Assembly: GCA_013265495.1 (NCBI GenBank)
Contig: MU058844.1
Location: 4,455,535 to 4,519,534 of the forward strand
DNA: 64,000 nt
Reading direction: 5' to 3'
Origin: Vicugna vicugna
Lineage: Eukaryota
Shown here: positions 38,766-51,632 of the stretch, one piece after another
Numbering within the stretch: position 1 is the stretch's first letter
How the letters are laid out: the number at the start of each line of letters is the position of its first letter
Notes under the pieces: generated by a model
The model's database searches: none
Seen by the model: only the letters and a program-made list of their open reading frames with translations
What the model was told of the DNA's origin: nothing
Made by a program: the position numbers and the translations under genes

Positions 38766-41700
38766 GTACGTGAGCAAACATCCTGATGTGTTTAAGGTAG
38801 TGATAGACTAAGATAAATGCATAATTGATGAACACATAATCTGAGGACCTGGTACATACTAAAATAGTAATGGATAACATAGAGAAGTCTAAGACAGATT
38901 TCTGTCCTTTAGGAATTACATGTCTACTTGAAAAGACACCAATAATATAACCTTATTTGGAAATTACTGTATCATTTCCATGTCATCTTCCTGACATTAT
39001 AGCACCTCCAAAACCCCTTCATTCCTTACATAGCCAGCTGCATTTATCATTTTTACCAGTGTAATTGTTTGTATAGAATGGTTTATATAGACCTTTGGGA
39101 AAGAAAGCTGAGCATTTTTATTCTTCTGTCTTGACCCAAATGTGTTTTTTTTAATCCTTTAATGGAGTGGGCTATTAATTTCAGGGTAGACAAAGTGGTT
39201 TGGAATATATTCAATATTTGCAGTAATAATAACCAATCCACTCATAAATTGATTCTGTAATATGAGAAAAATTGCTTAAAATTTTCTTACACATTAACTA
39301 GTAGACTATTTTGTAATAAAAATTGCGGATGGAAATAACCCCCCCAAAACTAAAATACATATAATTAGATTTATTGAAAATAATAAACTGAACACTTAAA
39401 TCTTGTTGGTAGCATTGAAAATGTCAAAAATGACCTGGTAAATATTGGTGTTAGTAATAATGTTTGCCCCTGAGGAAAATCACAGTGGAGGAGGCATGGT
39501 TAGGAAAAAAATTGATTGTAAAATTTACTAAGAAAATATTCAGTATCTATAAAATAATTTCAATAATGTGAAAATAGAAAAGAAAATTAAGTATCTTTAA
39601 TGGCATGGATAGAAAATAAGTAATGAGATTAAAATGTTTTATAAAGTAGATTCCAAAAAATATTTTCCTTATGAAAATTATCAGTGTCAGTATAATTTTG
39701 ATTTAAATGTTTACATTTATATACATGGAACCACAACATACTTGTCAGAAGTTTTGCTGGTGAAAACTACAAGATCAAAATGTCCTTACTCTTCTACATT
39801 GCTTTTTGCTGCCTGCCTAACTTGGTTGTAGGTCTAATCCTTGGATACTAGTTCCTAACTTAATTCCTATCAGAATACCTCGATCCCTTGTGGCTTTGTC
39901 TGGACCCCTAATTTCTGTGCTTCAGCTTATTTCTCTTTAAAATAGAAATAATACTGTTTGTATTGCCACTTTCTCAAGATCTCAACATTATTTTGACAAT
40001 GGAATGAAATAATACATGAAAAGTCTTTTGTAATCCATCAACGCTAGACCAGGGTATATTACTCACTAGAAGAGGAAAGAGAACACAGATAGCTGCAAAA
40101 ATACTAAAATCTATATTCAGGAATCCGATGAGAATACTCTTTCACGTTCTACAATGCTGGGCATTTCTAATTTATAGAAATAAAGTTTTAATACTCAAAG
40201 AATGCTTTCATATTGAAATTTCAGCTCTTTTTCTCTGTAAACAGTGTCTGTGGTCTATCTCTCTAAGATAACAAAACCCACCCCCATCCATACCTTGCAT
40301 TCTTGTTTCTTAGGCTTCTCTCCTTTCCTCTATAGCATTTATTACTATCTGACGTACTAGAATTTACTTATCTATGTGTTCATCTTTTAGACTTAAGCTT
40401 TGATGGAAAGAACTTTGCCTGTTTTGTTTATTTTTGTATTCTCAGCGTTTGGAAGGCTCCCTGGTATGTAGTAGATGCGCTCAGTATTTGTTGAATGAAC
40501 GAATATTTTAAAATGCAATGAAATTATTCTGAACTCTATGGTAAGAGACTGGTAGGGAAAATATGAAAAGAGAACTTCTCTTCCCATCCTGTCTTATCCC
40601 CTTTTCTCCCCTAGTCTAGGTCAGGCTCTTGGTGACATGTGCCTTTGTTGTTTTTCTGTTCATTTTTTAATTATTTCAGCCTTGCTTCCCCTCAGTCCTA
40701 CTTCAGAGAGTAATGTCAAATGAGATGGAATTGCCCAGCCTGTGCAGAGCACTCCATGCTGCAGAATTATTTACTTACATACTTTTGCCCTCAACTAATA
40801 ACATTTCTGAAAATACACAAAATTCCTTGTATATTTTTCAGAAAAAAAGAAGTTAATAAATATCAACCAGTTACTGAAGTTTTTACTTTTTTTGAAAGGA
40901 TATCTGTTAGGCAAACCAAATAAATAAGGTAAAAAATTGGCCAGTATGGGAGAAGATCATTTTGATAGGTCTACTTGTCTTAGTTTGATATTTGACTTTA
41001 AACGTGGCTTTTAATCCTTTCAGTCCCAACATTGTCTTTAATAGCAAATAGTGTTTCATAATGTCCCCTTTACTATTCCACATGAAATTTATGGTTAATA
41101 TAAACTACCTACATGGATAATTTCAAAAATGTCACTATAAATGGCTTAAGTGAAATATGAAGGAGAAACAAAAGGAAAATAATTTGTAAAAATAATAAAT
41201 ATATTAATATATTTTTCATAATTCAACATGTAAATGCTTCATAGAAAACATAATGAAGTAGTCATGTAGTTTCCCTTTAGGGGACACTGATGTAAATTCT
41301 GAGCTACAGATGCAGACTAATACAAATGTAGTCTGTTGGCAACTCATATGTCACAAAGGCATTGCCAATTCTAATTTGATTTCCAAAATGGTAAACAGTT
41401 TCTACAGTTCTCAGCAAAATGAAGTCTATAGTCTGACTTTTGTTAAGTCTCTTACATGCCTAGAAAAGTCAGTGTACATTTAAACCATTAAAAAATTGCT
41501 TGGTGGAAAGGAAGTAAGTTCTTAGCTCAGATGATTTTGAACAGAATTTTTAACTATATGAATATTCAAGAGGACACGTGATAATTATTCAGTACATGGG
41601 ACTGTTCTGCATTACACAGACTTTCATGGATACCTTATCTCAGTTATAAACCACAACACCTACCCTGAAATGTCTTAATTCCCTTCCTTTTTTCTTTTTT

Positions 41701-42312
41701 GCACTTATCACGAGCTAACATACTGCAAAAAATCTTTTCTTGTTTTTTGTCTATATTTTGCTCCCTTCCCCTAATCCACCCACCAACCAACATAAACTAG
41801 TCTGTAATATCCTTGAAGATAAGGGGTTTTTTTTGTCTGATTTATTCATTGTTTCTATTCCTAGTGCTTAGAGTAGTACCTGGCACAAGATTAGCACTAA
41901 ATAAATATCTGTTGAATGAGAGAAATAATGTGCATCGAAGATTTGAAGGGGTTGTGATCCTAGGAGATTGCTATTGGGTGACAAAATTGGGTTGGTCATT
42001 TCTGCATATGCATTCTTTGTTAGAAATTTACTTTAGTCATGATCCATTTGTATTAGACTCCTTAAGGGTGTTGGCATTAGTCCAAACTGTTCCTCAAAAT
42101 TTTATCTGTCAAGTTACATAATACAGAATCTTAAACTGAAGGGCATTTTTGCTTACAGCTTAGCATGCCTAAAGATCCTAGAAGTGACATAGCAAAATGA
42201 ACCTAGTTACATATTCTTTATGGAGTGTTGGTTTACCATTGTTCTAGTAAATTGTAATTGATAAATCTAAAATTAAAAACAATATTGGTAATTTTCTTCT
42301 TCCTTTGTTATT

Positions 42313-42615
42313 TTTTTAACATTTTTATTGATTTATAATCATTTTACAATGTTGTGTCAAATTCCAGTGTAGAGCACAATTTTTCAGTTACACATGACCA
42401 TATATATATTCATTGTCACATTTTTTTCTCTGTGAGCTACCATAAGATCTTGTATATATTTCCCTGTGCTATACAGTATAATCTTGTTTATCTATTCTAC
42501 AATTTTGAAATCCCAGTCTATCCCTTCCCACCCCCAACCCCCTTGGCAACCACAAGTTTGTATTCTATGTCTATGAGTCTGTTTCTGTTTTGTATTTATG
42601 CTTTGTTTGTTTGTT
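42313..42615 (-). mobile_element. 5'-truncated young L1 3' end with ~21-bp target-site duplication
   Basis: T-run then L1 3'UTR-like sequence (ccttggcaaccacaagtttgtattctatgtctatgagtctgtttctg); ttttcttcttcctttgttatt is present at both 42292-42312 and 42616-42636. Confidence 0.88.
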
Positions 42616-42644
42616 TTTTCTTCTTCCTTTGTTATTACTGACAG

Positions 42645-42790
42645 AGTGCCAGAGAAGAATTAATTAGATGGGAAGAAGGTAAAAAATGGCAAACCAAAAT
42701 AGAGGGACTTCGAAACAAGTTAAAAGAGAAAGAGGGGGAAGTCTATATTCTAACAAAGCAGTTGAATACTTTGAAAGATCTTTTTGCCAA
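42645..42790 (+). CDS. CEP290: CEP290 exon 42 (146 nt)
   Basis: tgacag|AGTGCC ... GCCAA|gtgagt; SAREELIRWEEGKKWQTKIEGLRNKLKEKE. Confidence 0.96.
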
Positions 42791-43133
42791 GTGAGTTTAA
42801 ATTTAATATAAACCAAGTTAATTATGTGTAAAGTCTTAATTGACCTGGAAGTTATATAGTTTTTGTGAACTTGATAATATGAAAGATTTTCTAGTTTTAA
42901 TTATCATTTATTGTCTATAGTTCGCTTTTTATTTTCTTTAAAATATGTTAAATACATTTTTAACAATTTATAAATGGAGTTTCCTATAATTTTGAAATAA
43001 GTTAGCTCATAACAAACACAGAATGATCCAACTTTTGTATATTGGGCTTATAGTAAGGAAGCTGCAGTTTAATAAATTGAGTAAGCCAAACAATGAATGG
43101 CATATTTTCATGATTCTGTATTAAATCCCACAG

Positions 43134-43289
43134 AGCTGATAAAGAGAAACTTACTTTGCAGAAGAAACTAAAAACAACTGGCATGACTGTAGATCAAGTT
43201 ATGGGAGTGCGAGCATTGGAGTCAGAAAAAGAGTTAGAAGAATTAAGAAAGAAAAATCTTGACTTAGAAAATGACATATCGTATATGAG
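43134..43289 (+). CDS. CEP290: CEP290 exon 43 (156 nt)
   Basis: ccacag|AGCTGA ... ATGAG|gtaagc; ADKEKLTLQKKLKTTGMTVDQV. Confidence 0.95.
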
Positions 43290-43384
43290 GTAAGCTATTA
43301 CATGACATGTGCTAGCCATTACCATGAAGGAAAACTGGTCAACCCATAGTAACTGCTATAATAAGTGTGTTAATTTAACATGCG

Positions 43385-44450
43385 GGTTCTGTTGATTGTC
43401 TTCTCCCTTGTGATTCAGGATACTCCTGGTTCTTTGAATGTCACATAATATAGATTATATTCTTGAACTTTGGAATATTATGCTGTGACTCTGGGTCTTG
43501 GTTAAATTGTATGGAAAATATAGATATTTTTGTTTTAGCAGGTCTGGTTAGGTTCAGGCCCCATGTTCTAACTTTCTGTCTGTGGGGTATGGTTCTAGTA
43601 TCCTTTCTGTTTTCAAAGCTTTTGTAGTGCTCTTTGGCTCTGTTCTGCCTCTGTACCTCCTGGTATATGGGCTGTCTTCTTTCAGTTCAGTTCTCAGAGT
43701 CTTTAATAATCTCATTAGGATCAGATCCATACATGCATGATTAAGTGGGGAGTCCAGAAGTTTGTATACAACTTTGTAAGGTTCCTTGCTTGTGCTTCTT
43801 TCTTTCTGTGATCTCCCTGATACTTTCCGTTACCCGTGGGCTCCCCCTCTTGGTGTATCTTCAACAACATCTGGGGCTTTAGTTGCCTGTTCTTCAGTGA
43901 TTGTGCTCCTGTCTGCAGCTAAGCCAGCAATAGGAGGGCAGAGAGGGGACAAGGGGGGTGCGGCACTACTTTGCCCTCTCCTCTCACTAGTCACAGTTCT
44001 ACCAATTGAAGAGGATTCCTCTCCCTAAAAATTTTGGCTAGCACGTTCCCAATGCAGCCTCTGCCACCACTGCCATGGGATTGCCTGAGGATTAGGACCT
44101 GAGAGAATGGGTAGGAGAGAAAAATAAAAAGGGAGTTTTGCACTGTCTGTGAGTCTTGTAAGTACCCTTTCTCCTTGCTGGAGCTAGAACTAGAACTTTT
44201 AGCCTTCCTAGAGCTCTCTCCCTCCGTGCTGACACTCATCATCAGGTTTCAAACTGTGTTGTGTTCAGGCCAAAATACTAGAAGAAAAGGAAAGGTAAAT
44301 TGACCACCTGTTTGCTCATATTTCAAATTCTGGTATTCTGTCTGAATATGTAAAATACTAATTTTTCAAAGTTCTCAAGTAGCTGCTCCATGAATTTGGG
44401 AGAGACGAGAGTGGATGTGTTTACTCCACTCTACTTAGAACCAGAACCCC
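43385..44450 (-). mobile_element. Old antisense L1-like fragment, approximate limits
   Basis: Phrases typical of ancient L1M 5'/ORF1 antisense sequence (tgggttctgttgattgtctt...; end at ...tactccactctacttagaaccagaa). Confidence 0.45.
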
Positions 44451-45905
44451 TGCCACCCATGTCATTGTTTTAATAGAGCCTTTGAAATTTTTTGTTGTTT
44501 TGCTGTCTCTTTCCAAGCTTTATCTTCTGATGTAGTCATAGTCATGCAAAGCAAAATAAAATCGTGTCCAAACAACAATTCAACAATTGAAACTATTTAT
44601 AATTTTCTGTTTCACTTAATTCCTTTCAAGGTGAATTTAGATTAATTTTACATAATTTACTTCCTTTCCTAAGTGCTTACAAACAGTCTGGAATCATGTT
44701 AATGATCATTGTCAAAGTCTGGTACCTACCTGTAACATTTGGCTATGAAGACACTTACTCTTCCTAAATTTATCATACTTTTTTCCTTTCTTCAAAAATT
44801 ACAGTTGGTCTTTATTAATGTCTATAATTGTGTCCATATTAATGTAATGTGAACCTATGAAATTGAATTCTTTTGAAGGAACACTCATGAGCTTCTAGCC
44901 TACATTCCATCTCCTTTACTTGTAAGTCATTGTTTCGTAAATCCTTCAGAATTTTCCTTGATAGAGAAGAAAATAGTGCTTGAAGAATTCTTCTTTTTTA
45001 TGTTCTTATAGCTACTGTCTGGTCCTAGCAGTTGCTTCGTGCCTCCTTGTTTTTCTTAGTTGAAACATATGTTCAGAATAAAACTAAACCCTTTTAGTCT
45101 CCTTTGCAGTTTTCACAAGGATCAAAATATTTTAATTTTAAAAACTTCTAATACTTTTAGATGGTGAATGGCTCTTTTTTTCCCCCCTAATAATGCAGAT
45201 CTGTGTAGGCTGAAGTAATTGGAGAAGACTTGATAAAAGATTGAACTTATCTTCTCTCTCAGTTCAAGTGGGAATTTCTGAATTTTATGATCTAGTTCTA
45301 GATATTAAAGGGAGGAAGGACATTCCAAGAAAACAGAAGCCTAGCAGAGACATAGAGACAGGAGTGTAACTTTCACGTGTGGGTAAGAGTGGATTTATTT
45401 GCCTAAATAAAGGGAGGCTCCTAGACAAACACGTTGAACAGATGTGGTTGTGCCAGATAGTGGAGAGCCTTGCAGATCATGCAGATTAAGTGTGGATTGA
45501 ACTAGTAGATTTTTGTCTGGCACCAGTAAGAGCCTTTTAAAATCTTTGAACTTCTTGAGAAGCACATGGATGTTATATGTTTTAAAAATAGTAAGTTTTT
45601 TTTATTCAGTTATATTACACAGTCCTCAAAATAGATAAATGTTCTTTACAAATGTTAATGTATTTCTTAAAATCAAAATACACTTTTAACTTGTAGTTTA
45701 AAGGACCCCTGCAGTGAATCCTCTGTAAAGGATCATTTTATAATATAGCCATATCCTAATTTAATTTTTATAAAGTTTTCAAGTTTTGTAGAATTTAAAA
45801 TAAATGCAGTATAAATAAATATATATTTCCCCCGTATTTTAATGTAGTAAAATAGTGGAAAGTTGAAAGTTTAAATAGTAAAGAGTCTGTGGTTGTTTTT
45901 CATAG

Positions 45906-46029
45906 GACTCATCAAGCTCTTCCTCGAGATGCTGTTATAGAAGATTTACGTTTACGAAATAAATACCTCCAAGAAAAACTTCATGCTTTAGAAAAACAGT
46001 TTTCAAGGGATGCATATTCTAAGCCTTCA
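45906..46029 (+). CDS. CEP290: CEP290 exon 44 (124 nt)
   Basis: tcatag|GACTCA ... CCTTCA|gtaagt; THQALPRDAVIEDLRLRNKYLQEKLHALEKQ. Confidence 0.95.
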
Positions 46030-46493
46030 GTAAGTGTACATCTATTCTTTTTTCATTCTGAAGTTTAAAAGTAAAGTCAACTTGTACCTTTATCTGGCTT
46101 AAAGTGGTAGATCCCTCCTACTAATATTAACGCAAGAAATTCAACTTTTATTTTTACTAGGTAGTGATGTATATTAACTTCTCTGATGCTTTTTTTGTAA
46201 CAGTAAACTTAAGATTCTTATGCTTTCCATAAAACTTCATTACAAATGATTTTTGGAGATTTTAAATGTAGTTATGAGTTTTGCTGTGGTAAGAACATAC
46301 AGTTAGATAAAGCAGGAAAATATGTTATAGCATTATTTCCATTCAAATGTGTGATATGTTTCTAATTTTTCTTTATAAATATTTCATTAACAGAAATATT
46401 TGTTGTATCTTATTTTAAAACACTCATGTGTATATTTTTATTATTTTTTTCCTTTTCTTTTCCTGTTTCTTCTCTTTCTTCTGCTTCAAGCAG

Positions 46494-47117
46494 AATCTGT
46501 CATGTGACACAGCTATGCTTTCTACTCTTGCTACCAGTGTTAATAAAAACAGGCACAATATTCTTCACAAAAAGAATGCTTTACACAGGAACAAAAAGAA
46601 ACCCATAACAGTACTCAGAATTAAAGATGGGAAGGGAATAGATGTCAGTGACAAGTTATGTCATCAGCTACCTAGAAATACTGTACAGTATTATGGTAAT
46701 GAAGAAAAACACAAAGCAGAAGTTATTGTAGATCCTGCTGAGCTAAATAAGTCTGAGTCACGGCCAAACAATAAATCAAGTCCATTTAGGTCAACAGATG
46801 GTACCTTGGCAGATTTTAACTCCAATGTTGAAAAGGAACCAGATCCTGAAATTGAGAATATTAATCAGGACTCTTGTGAAAATAATGAACAGGGTTATAA
46901 AAACAAGGAAGAGAATGAGCTAGGCAAGAATGAGAAAGGAAAGGGACACGTAGCTGAAGATGTGGGTCACAGCCATCACATGGATCCGGAAGAATCTGCC
47001 GGGGAGGACAGTGGCTGTGCCGCAGGGGCTGCTGCGGTGACTCAGTGCGCTGAGGAGGATGCGCAGGCAAACTCTGAAACTGATGCGCCAGCCCAGTCGA
47101 GAAATGAAGTGTCCCAG
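46494..47117 (+). CDS. CEP290: Putative alternative CEP290 exon '44a' (624 nt, or 627 nt from the upstream NAG); cassette, or terminal exon with stop at 47121-47123
   Basis: ~45-nt polypyrimidine tract then aag|cag|AAT; stop-free in the CEP290 frame (ORF 46428..47123); CAG|gtttga donor candidate; AATAAA at 47238. Confidence 0.62.
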
Positions 47118-47407
47118 GTTTGAGTCTGTGGCAGTCTGCTATTTCTCTGTTAGTTGAGTTCTCTTATAGCAAGTAGTATATGTATATGATGCAAATAGAA
47201 ACAAATTGTGTAGGATTTGTAAAAAATACTAGTTTTTAATAAACTTCTCTTTAAACCCTAACATATGACTAGTTCCTACAAAAAATTAGTGGTTGTGCAT
47301 TTCCTAGTTCATGTTAGTACTCACTGTTTTACCATCGGTATTCACAATACTTTGCAGAGCATTATTCCTATCTTATGTAGAAAGCTTGGAGAATAAGTAA
47401 CATCTCT

Positions 47408-47611
47408 GTGAAACAGAAACAGACTTACAGACATAGAAAACAAACTTACAGTTAGCGAAGGGGAAAAGTGGGTGGGGGAGAGATAAATTAGGAATTTGGG
47501 ATTAGCAGATACACACCACTATATATAGAATAGATAAACAGCAAGGTCCTACTTACTGTATAGCGCTGGGAACTATATTTAATATCCTGTAATAAACCAC
47601 AATGGGAAAAA
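47408..47611 (+). mobile_element. 5'-truncated L1 3' end (artiodactyl type) with target-site duplication
   Basis: aaacagacttacagacatagaaaacaaactt...gggattagcagataca...gggaactatattt plus A-tail; aacatctct at 47399-47407 and 47612-47620. Confidence 0.85.
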
Positions 47612-49331
47612 AACATCTCTAGTGATCAAGAAGATGCAGAACCAAGACTTAAATGCAGGTTTAATTTTACAGTTCATGAACTTTTTATATACACACTACT
47701 TTTGGTCAGTTTCCATTGCAGTCCAAAATAAGTTTGTTCCCAATTGAAATCAAATAGCATTCATTCATTTATTCCTTCCTTTCCACCTCAGATATTCCAG
47801 TCACCTAAGTCCTCATTAAATCAGACACTTAAATTAAGAGAAAATGGATGAAAGTGACTTAATTCTTCTTCCATTTTCTTATCCAGGTTCATAATGCTTC
47901 TCTTCTTCACTTGAAAAGTAATTGAGAATTAGAGACGTCCACTGTGTATTATCTTTATCTCCCACCCGCTAAGATTTTGATTTCTAGCAGTATATATCTT
48001 TTAACAAGATTCTTCCATAAAACAATTTGGAAGTCTCAAAAAATTCATTATATAAGAATTCCATTTATTTTATTTTCATAGAGGAGTTTCATTAGAATTT
48101 ATTCTCCAAAAATTTGGACAATCTCAACTGATACCTTTAGTTTTGTTTTCTGAGAGTTGGAAGGGAAAAAAAATGATCCACATTCACTTACATAATAATT
48201 GCATCCATATTTTAGTGAGGAGGACTGTTGGAAAAAATCCTCATGTGAGATCACCAGATAGAATTATTCTCCTCTGTGAGCGGAATTTAATCTGTTTTAT
48301 ATCTGTCAATCAGGGGAACTGATTTGTTAAGTAGCTATCATAGGCTGAAGAGAGAAGTAAGAAAGGCAGAAGAGCTCAGGGACAGAGAACTACAGATTTC
48401 CATGTCTGAAGAGACATTAAAAATTACCCTAGCTAGTGCCTTCATCTGTAAGACGCAAGAACCCTGCAGGTGGTGTAATTTGCCTAGTGTTAACCTAACA
48501 GTAGCAAAACCAGAATGTATGCTTGGGTTATCTGACAGAAAATAAGTAGGGGCATATTCCTACTGACGTCATCAGATTTATCTGTGTTATTTTTCTTGCC
48601 ACTGTGTATGTATGTTCACATGCACACACACACCCTCCAGCAAATGGAAATAAGGTGGGCACATGCAGTGTTTCTGCCAGTGTTGTGCTACATGCCCTCA
48701 GGTCAGAATCAAAGCTTAGCCTAGAATTTCTTTGCTTTTCTGTATCCTATTTTCTCATTTTTTAACTTTTACTGCATTTTACCTAAGAAAACGTTTTTGT
48801 TTTTGTTTTTTTTAACCTAAGGGTGAATATATCAGAATGTAAAATATTTAACCTACTGCTAATTGAAAAGATGTTATTGAGCCATGTGTAATAAATATAT
48901 ATAATATTGTACTTTAATAATAATCTATAATATGTAATATATTAATATGATAACAATCATAATAGCGTCTGTGGAGTTATTGATAGTTCATCAAGCCAGT
49001 AGAGAGAGAAGGGGATGGTGGGAAAAAAAACAGCTGTTCTGAGTGCTTTCACGAAATTATTTCATATGATGTTCATTAACAGTCTTTTGAGGTAAGTGGT
49101 ATTCTATCCACTTTATGGAAAAAGGGAATCAAGCACAGGTTTCTCTTTCAAATAATCTATAGTTTAGAGTGAGAAATAAAAAATGAACATAAATAATAAC
49201 CCAAGGTGGATTCATGCCGAGAGAAATGCAAAGTGTTACTGGATTTCAGAGGAAGGAGTGATTACTTTAGCTCAAGGAGAAAGGAAAAGCTTTCTACAGG
49301 AGGAAGGAATTGAGGCACTTTTTTGTAGGCT

Positions 49332-49757
49332 TGTGTCTTCATTTGCTAGGCTCACCGTAACAAAACACCACAGAGTTGATGGCTTAAACAACAGAAATTT
49401 ATGCTCAGTTCTGGAAGCCAGAAATCCCAAATCAGCAGGGTGGTATTCCTCTTTAGGCTGTGAGGGAAGGATCTGTTCCAGGCCTCTCTCCTTGCCTTGT
49501 GGATGACTAGCTTCTCCCTGTCTCTTCACATTGTCTCCGTTCTGTGTATGTCTGTGTGTCCAAATTTCCCTTTGGTACAAGAACATCAAACATTGTTTGA
49601 TTAAGGCACATTCTAATGAGCTGATTTTAACCTGATATCTCTGTAAAGACCCTATCTATCTCCAAATAAGATCATTCTGAAGTACTGGGGGTTAGATTTT
49701 CAACATATGAATTTGGGGGGTTGGGTGGGGGGCAGGGTGTTAATACAATCTATCACA
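49332..49757 (-). mobile_element. MaLR solo LTR (MLT1A/B-like)
   Basis: TG...CA ends; aacaaaacaccacaga..ggcttaaacaacagaaattta..cagttctgga and tgaagtactgggggttag...caacatatgaattt hallmarks. Confidence 0.85.
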
Positions 49758-50066
49758 GGTAGGTAACAGTCTCATTTTATTTTTGGACTAGAAAACTACC
49801 ACAGATTAGTCACTATGAGAGTATATATGGAGGCTTTATATGTGTGGACAATATTAAATCATACGTGACTTTCTGTATTAATCCAAACAAAACTACCCTT
49901 TTCTCCTGTGAGTTTGTTTGTGGTTATTTTCTTTAGAGCTCTCCAATTTTCTCATTTCTTTGAGGAAAAATGTTCCCTTTTAGCATGGTGTTTTCTTACC
50001 CAGTGTGTCTTACACAGCTTTTATTTGTTAAACCTTAAAAATATTCCTAACTTCATTTTCCTGAAG

Positions 50067-50201
50067 ACTTCAGAAGTAGAATCAGATGATCATTATCAAA
50101 GAGAACAGGAGCTCCAGAAGGAAAACTTGAAGTTGTCATCTGAAAATATTGAACTAAAATTTCAACTTGAACAAGCAAATAAAGATTTGCCAAGATTAAA
50201 G
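50067..50201 (+). CDS. CEP290: CEP290 exon 45 (135 nt)
   Basis: cctgaag|ACTTCA ... TTAAAG|gtaaat; TSEVESDDHYQREQELQKENLKLSSENIELKFQLEQ. Confidence 0.94.
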
Positions 50202-50544
50202 GTAAATTTAATATTCTTTGTTATAGTTAGGAAATCTAATGCCTGAAAACCTTTTTTCTCTCTATTTAATTGTTACGTTTACCGTATTAGCTCATGAAGA
50301 AGTCAGAAACTCATATTCATAGAATATCATGATAGTATTATACTCTCTACATTCTAGGTCAGGTATTCTAGGTACTGGAAAACAGCAGCTAAAAAAATTC
50401 TCGCACTCATAGAGCTTACATTCCAGTGGGGAAACTACTAATAGGTAAACACGTCAATATATAGTATGTCGGCTGATGTTAAGTGCTAAGAAGAAAAAGC
50501 ATGTTTGGGGTGAAAGATGTGTGAATGTGTGCTGGAGAGGGGTA

Positions 50545-50699
50545 CAGCTAACCTTGAACTGTGAGGGTCCACTTACGTATTTTTCGATGGTAAATACTGC
50601 TGTACTGCGTAACCCATGTTTGTTTGAACCCATGGATACCGAGGAATTGCAGATATGGAGAGTATAAGTTACACCCCCACATTGTTCAAGGGTCAACTG
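50545..50699. mobile_element. Tigger2-derived MITE (MER8-like), nested in an L2-like fragment
   Basis: TA|cagctaaccttgaac ... gttcaagggtcaactg|TA: inverted termini with TA target duplication. Confidence 0.8.
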
Positions 50700-51545
50700 T
50701 ATATGGAATCACTAGTTCAAATTGGGTAGTAAGGGGAGGCTTCCTTAATAAAATGAAATTTTAGCAGAGAGCTAGGGGATAGGTAAAGAAGTGGGCCATA
50801 CGAATACCAGAAAAAGAGTTCTAGACGACAGAAATGACAAGCTCAAATGCCCTGTGGCAAGGTTGGAGGTTGGTGTAATTAATTAGCAGTTGTCACACTT
50901 TAAAATAATTAGGATAGCTCTAAAAAAATAAAGTCTTTAAATTAAAATAAATATATATTAGAATAATTATCTCTGTTAGAAATTTTACTTTATTTTGATG
51001 TTTATAATGCTTCTTTTTGGTTTTCTAAGTCTTATCCTATTTATGGGACTCTTTTTCTCTTGCCTGGCTAATTTTTTCTGTTCTTTTTTTAACCTAGAAT
51101 ATATGCAGTCTGTTAATTCCACTGATAAGTAATGGCATATGAGCTATGTTGCTTCTCATTCTGATTTTTACAGTATTAGAACCAGTGTTGGAAGATTAGT
51201 TGTTTTTCTCTGTACAGTATGGTATGGTTCTACAGAGGTAATTTATGGGACAGTCAAAATCAGGAGTTCTAAACTCAAATTTATATTGTATACTGAGGCA
51301 ATAATACGGGAAATATTTCTCTAAATTCACATACAAAATGCTTCTGTATTAATACACTTTAATTCAGTATGTCCTATTTTAATTCAAAATCCTCTTCATA
51401 GGTGTGAAGACTCACTTGTTTAATTCAGCTATACAGTTGAATTAGACTTAGTCTTTAGTTGAAAAGACTGATGGTTCGATGAATTGTTTGCCTTTCCTTT
51501 TCAGTGGCTATTTTAAATTGTTACATGTTTTCTTTAATCTTTCAG

Positions 51546-51632
51546 AGTCAAGTAAAAGACTTGAAGGAAATGTGTGATTTTCTTAAGAAAGAGAAAGCAG
51601 AAGTAGAGCGGAAACTTGGCCACGTTAGAGGG
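51546..51632 (+). CDS. CEP290: CEP290 exon 46 (87 nt)
   Basis: tttcag|AGTCAA ... AGAGGG|gtaagt; SQVKDLKEMCDFLKKEKAEVERKLGHVRG. Confidence 0.95.

Noticed and set aside
49183..49589. 107-aa and 105-aa ORFs
   Set aside because: They lie largely in a MaLR LTR; typical spurious repeat ORFs
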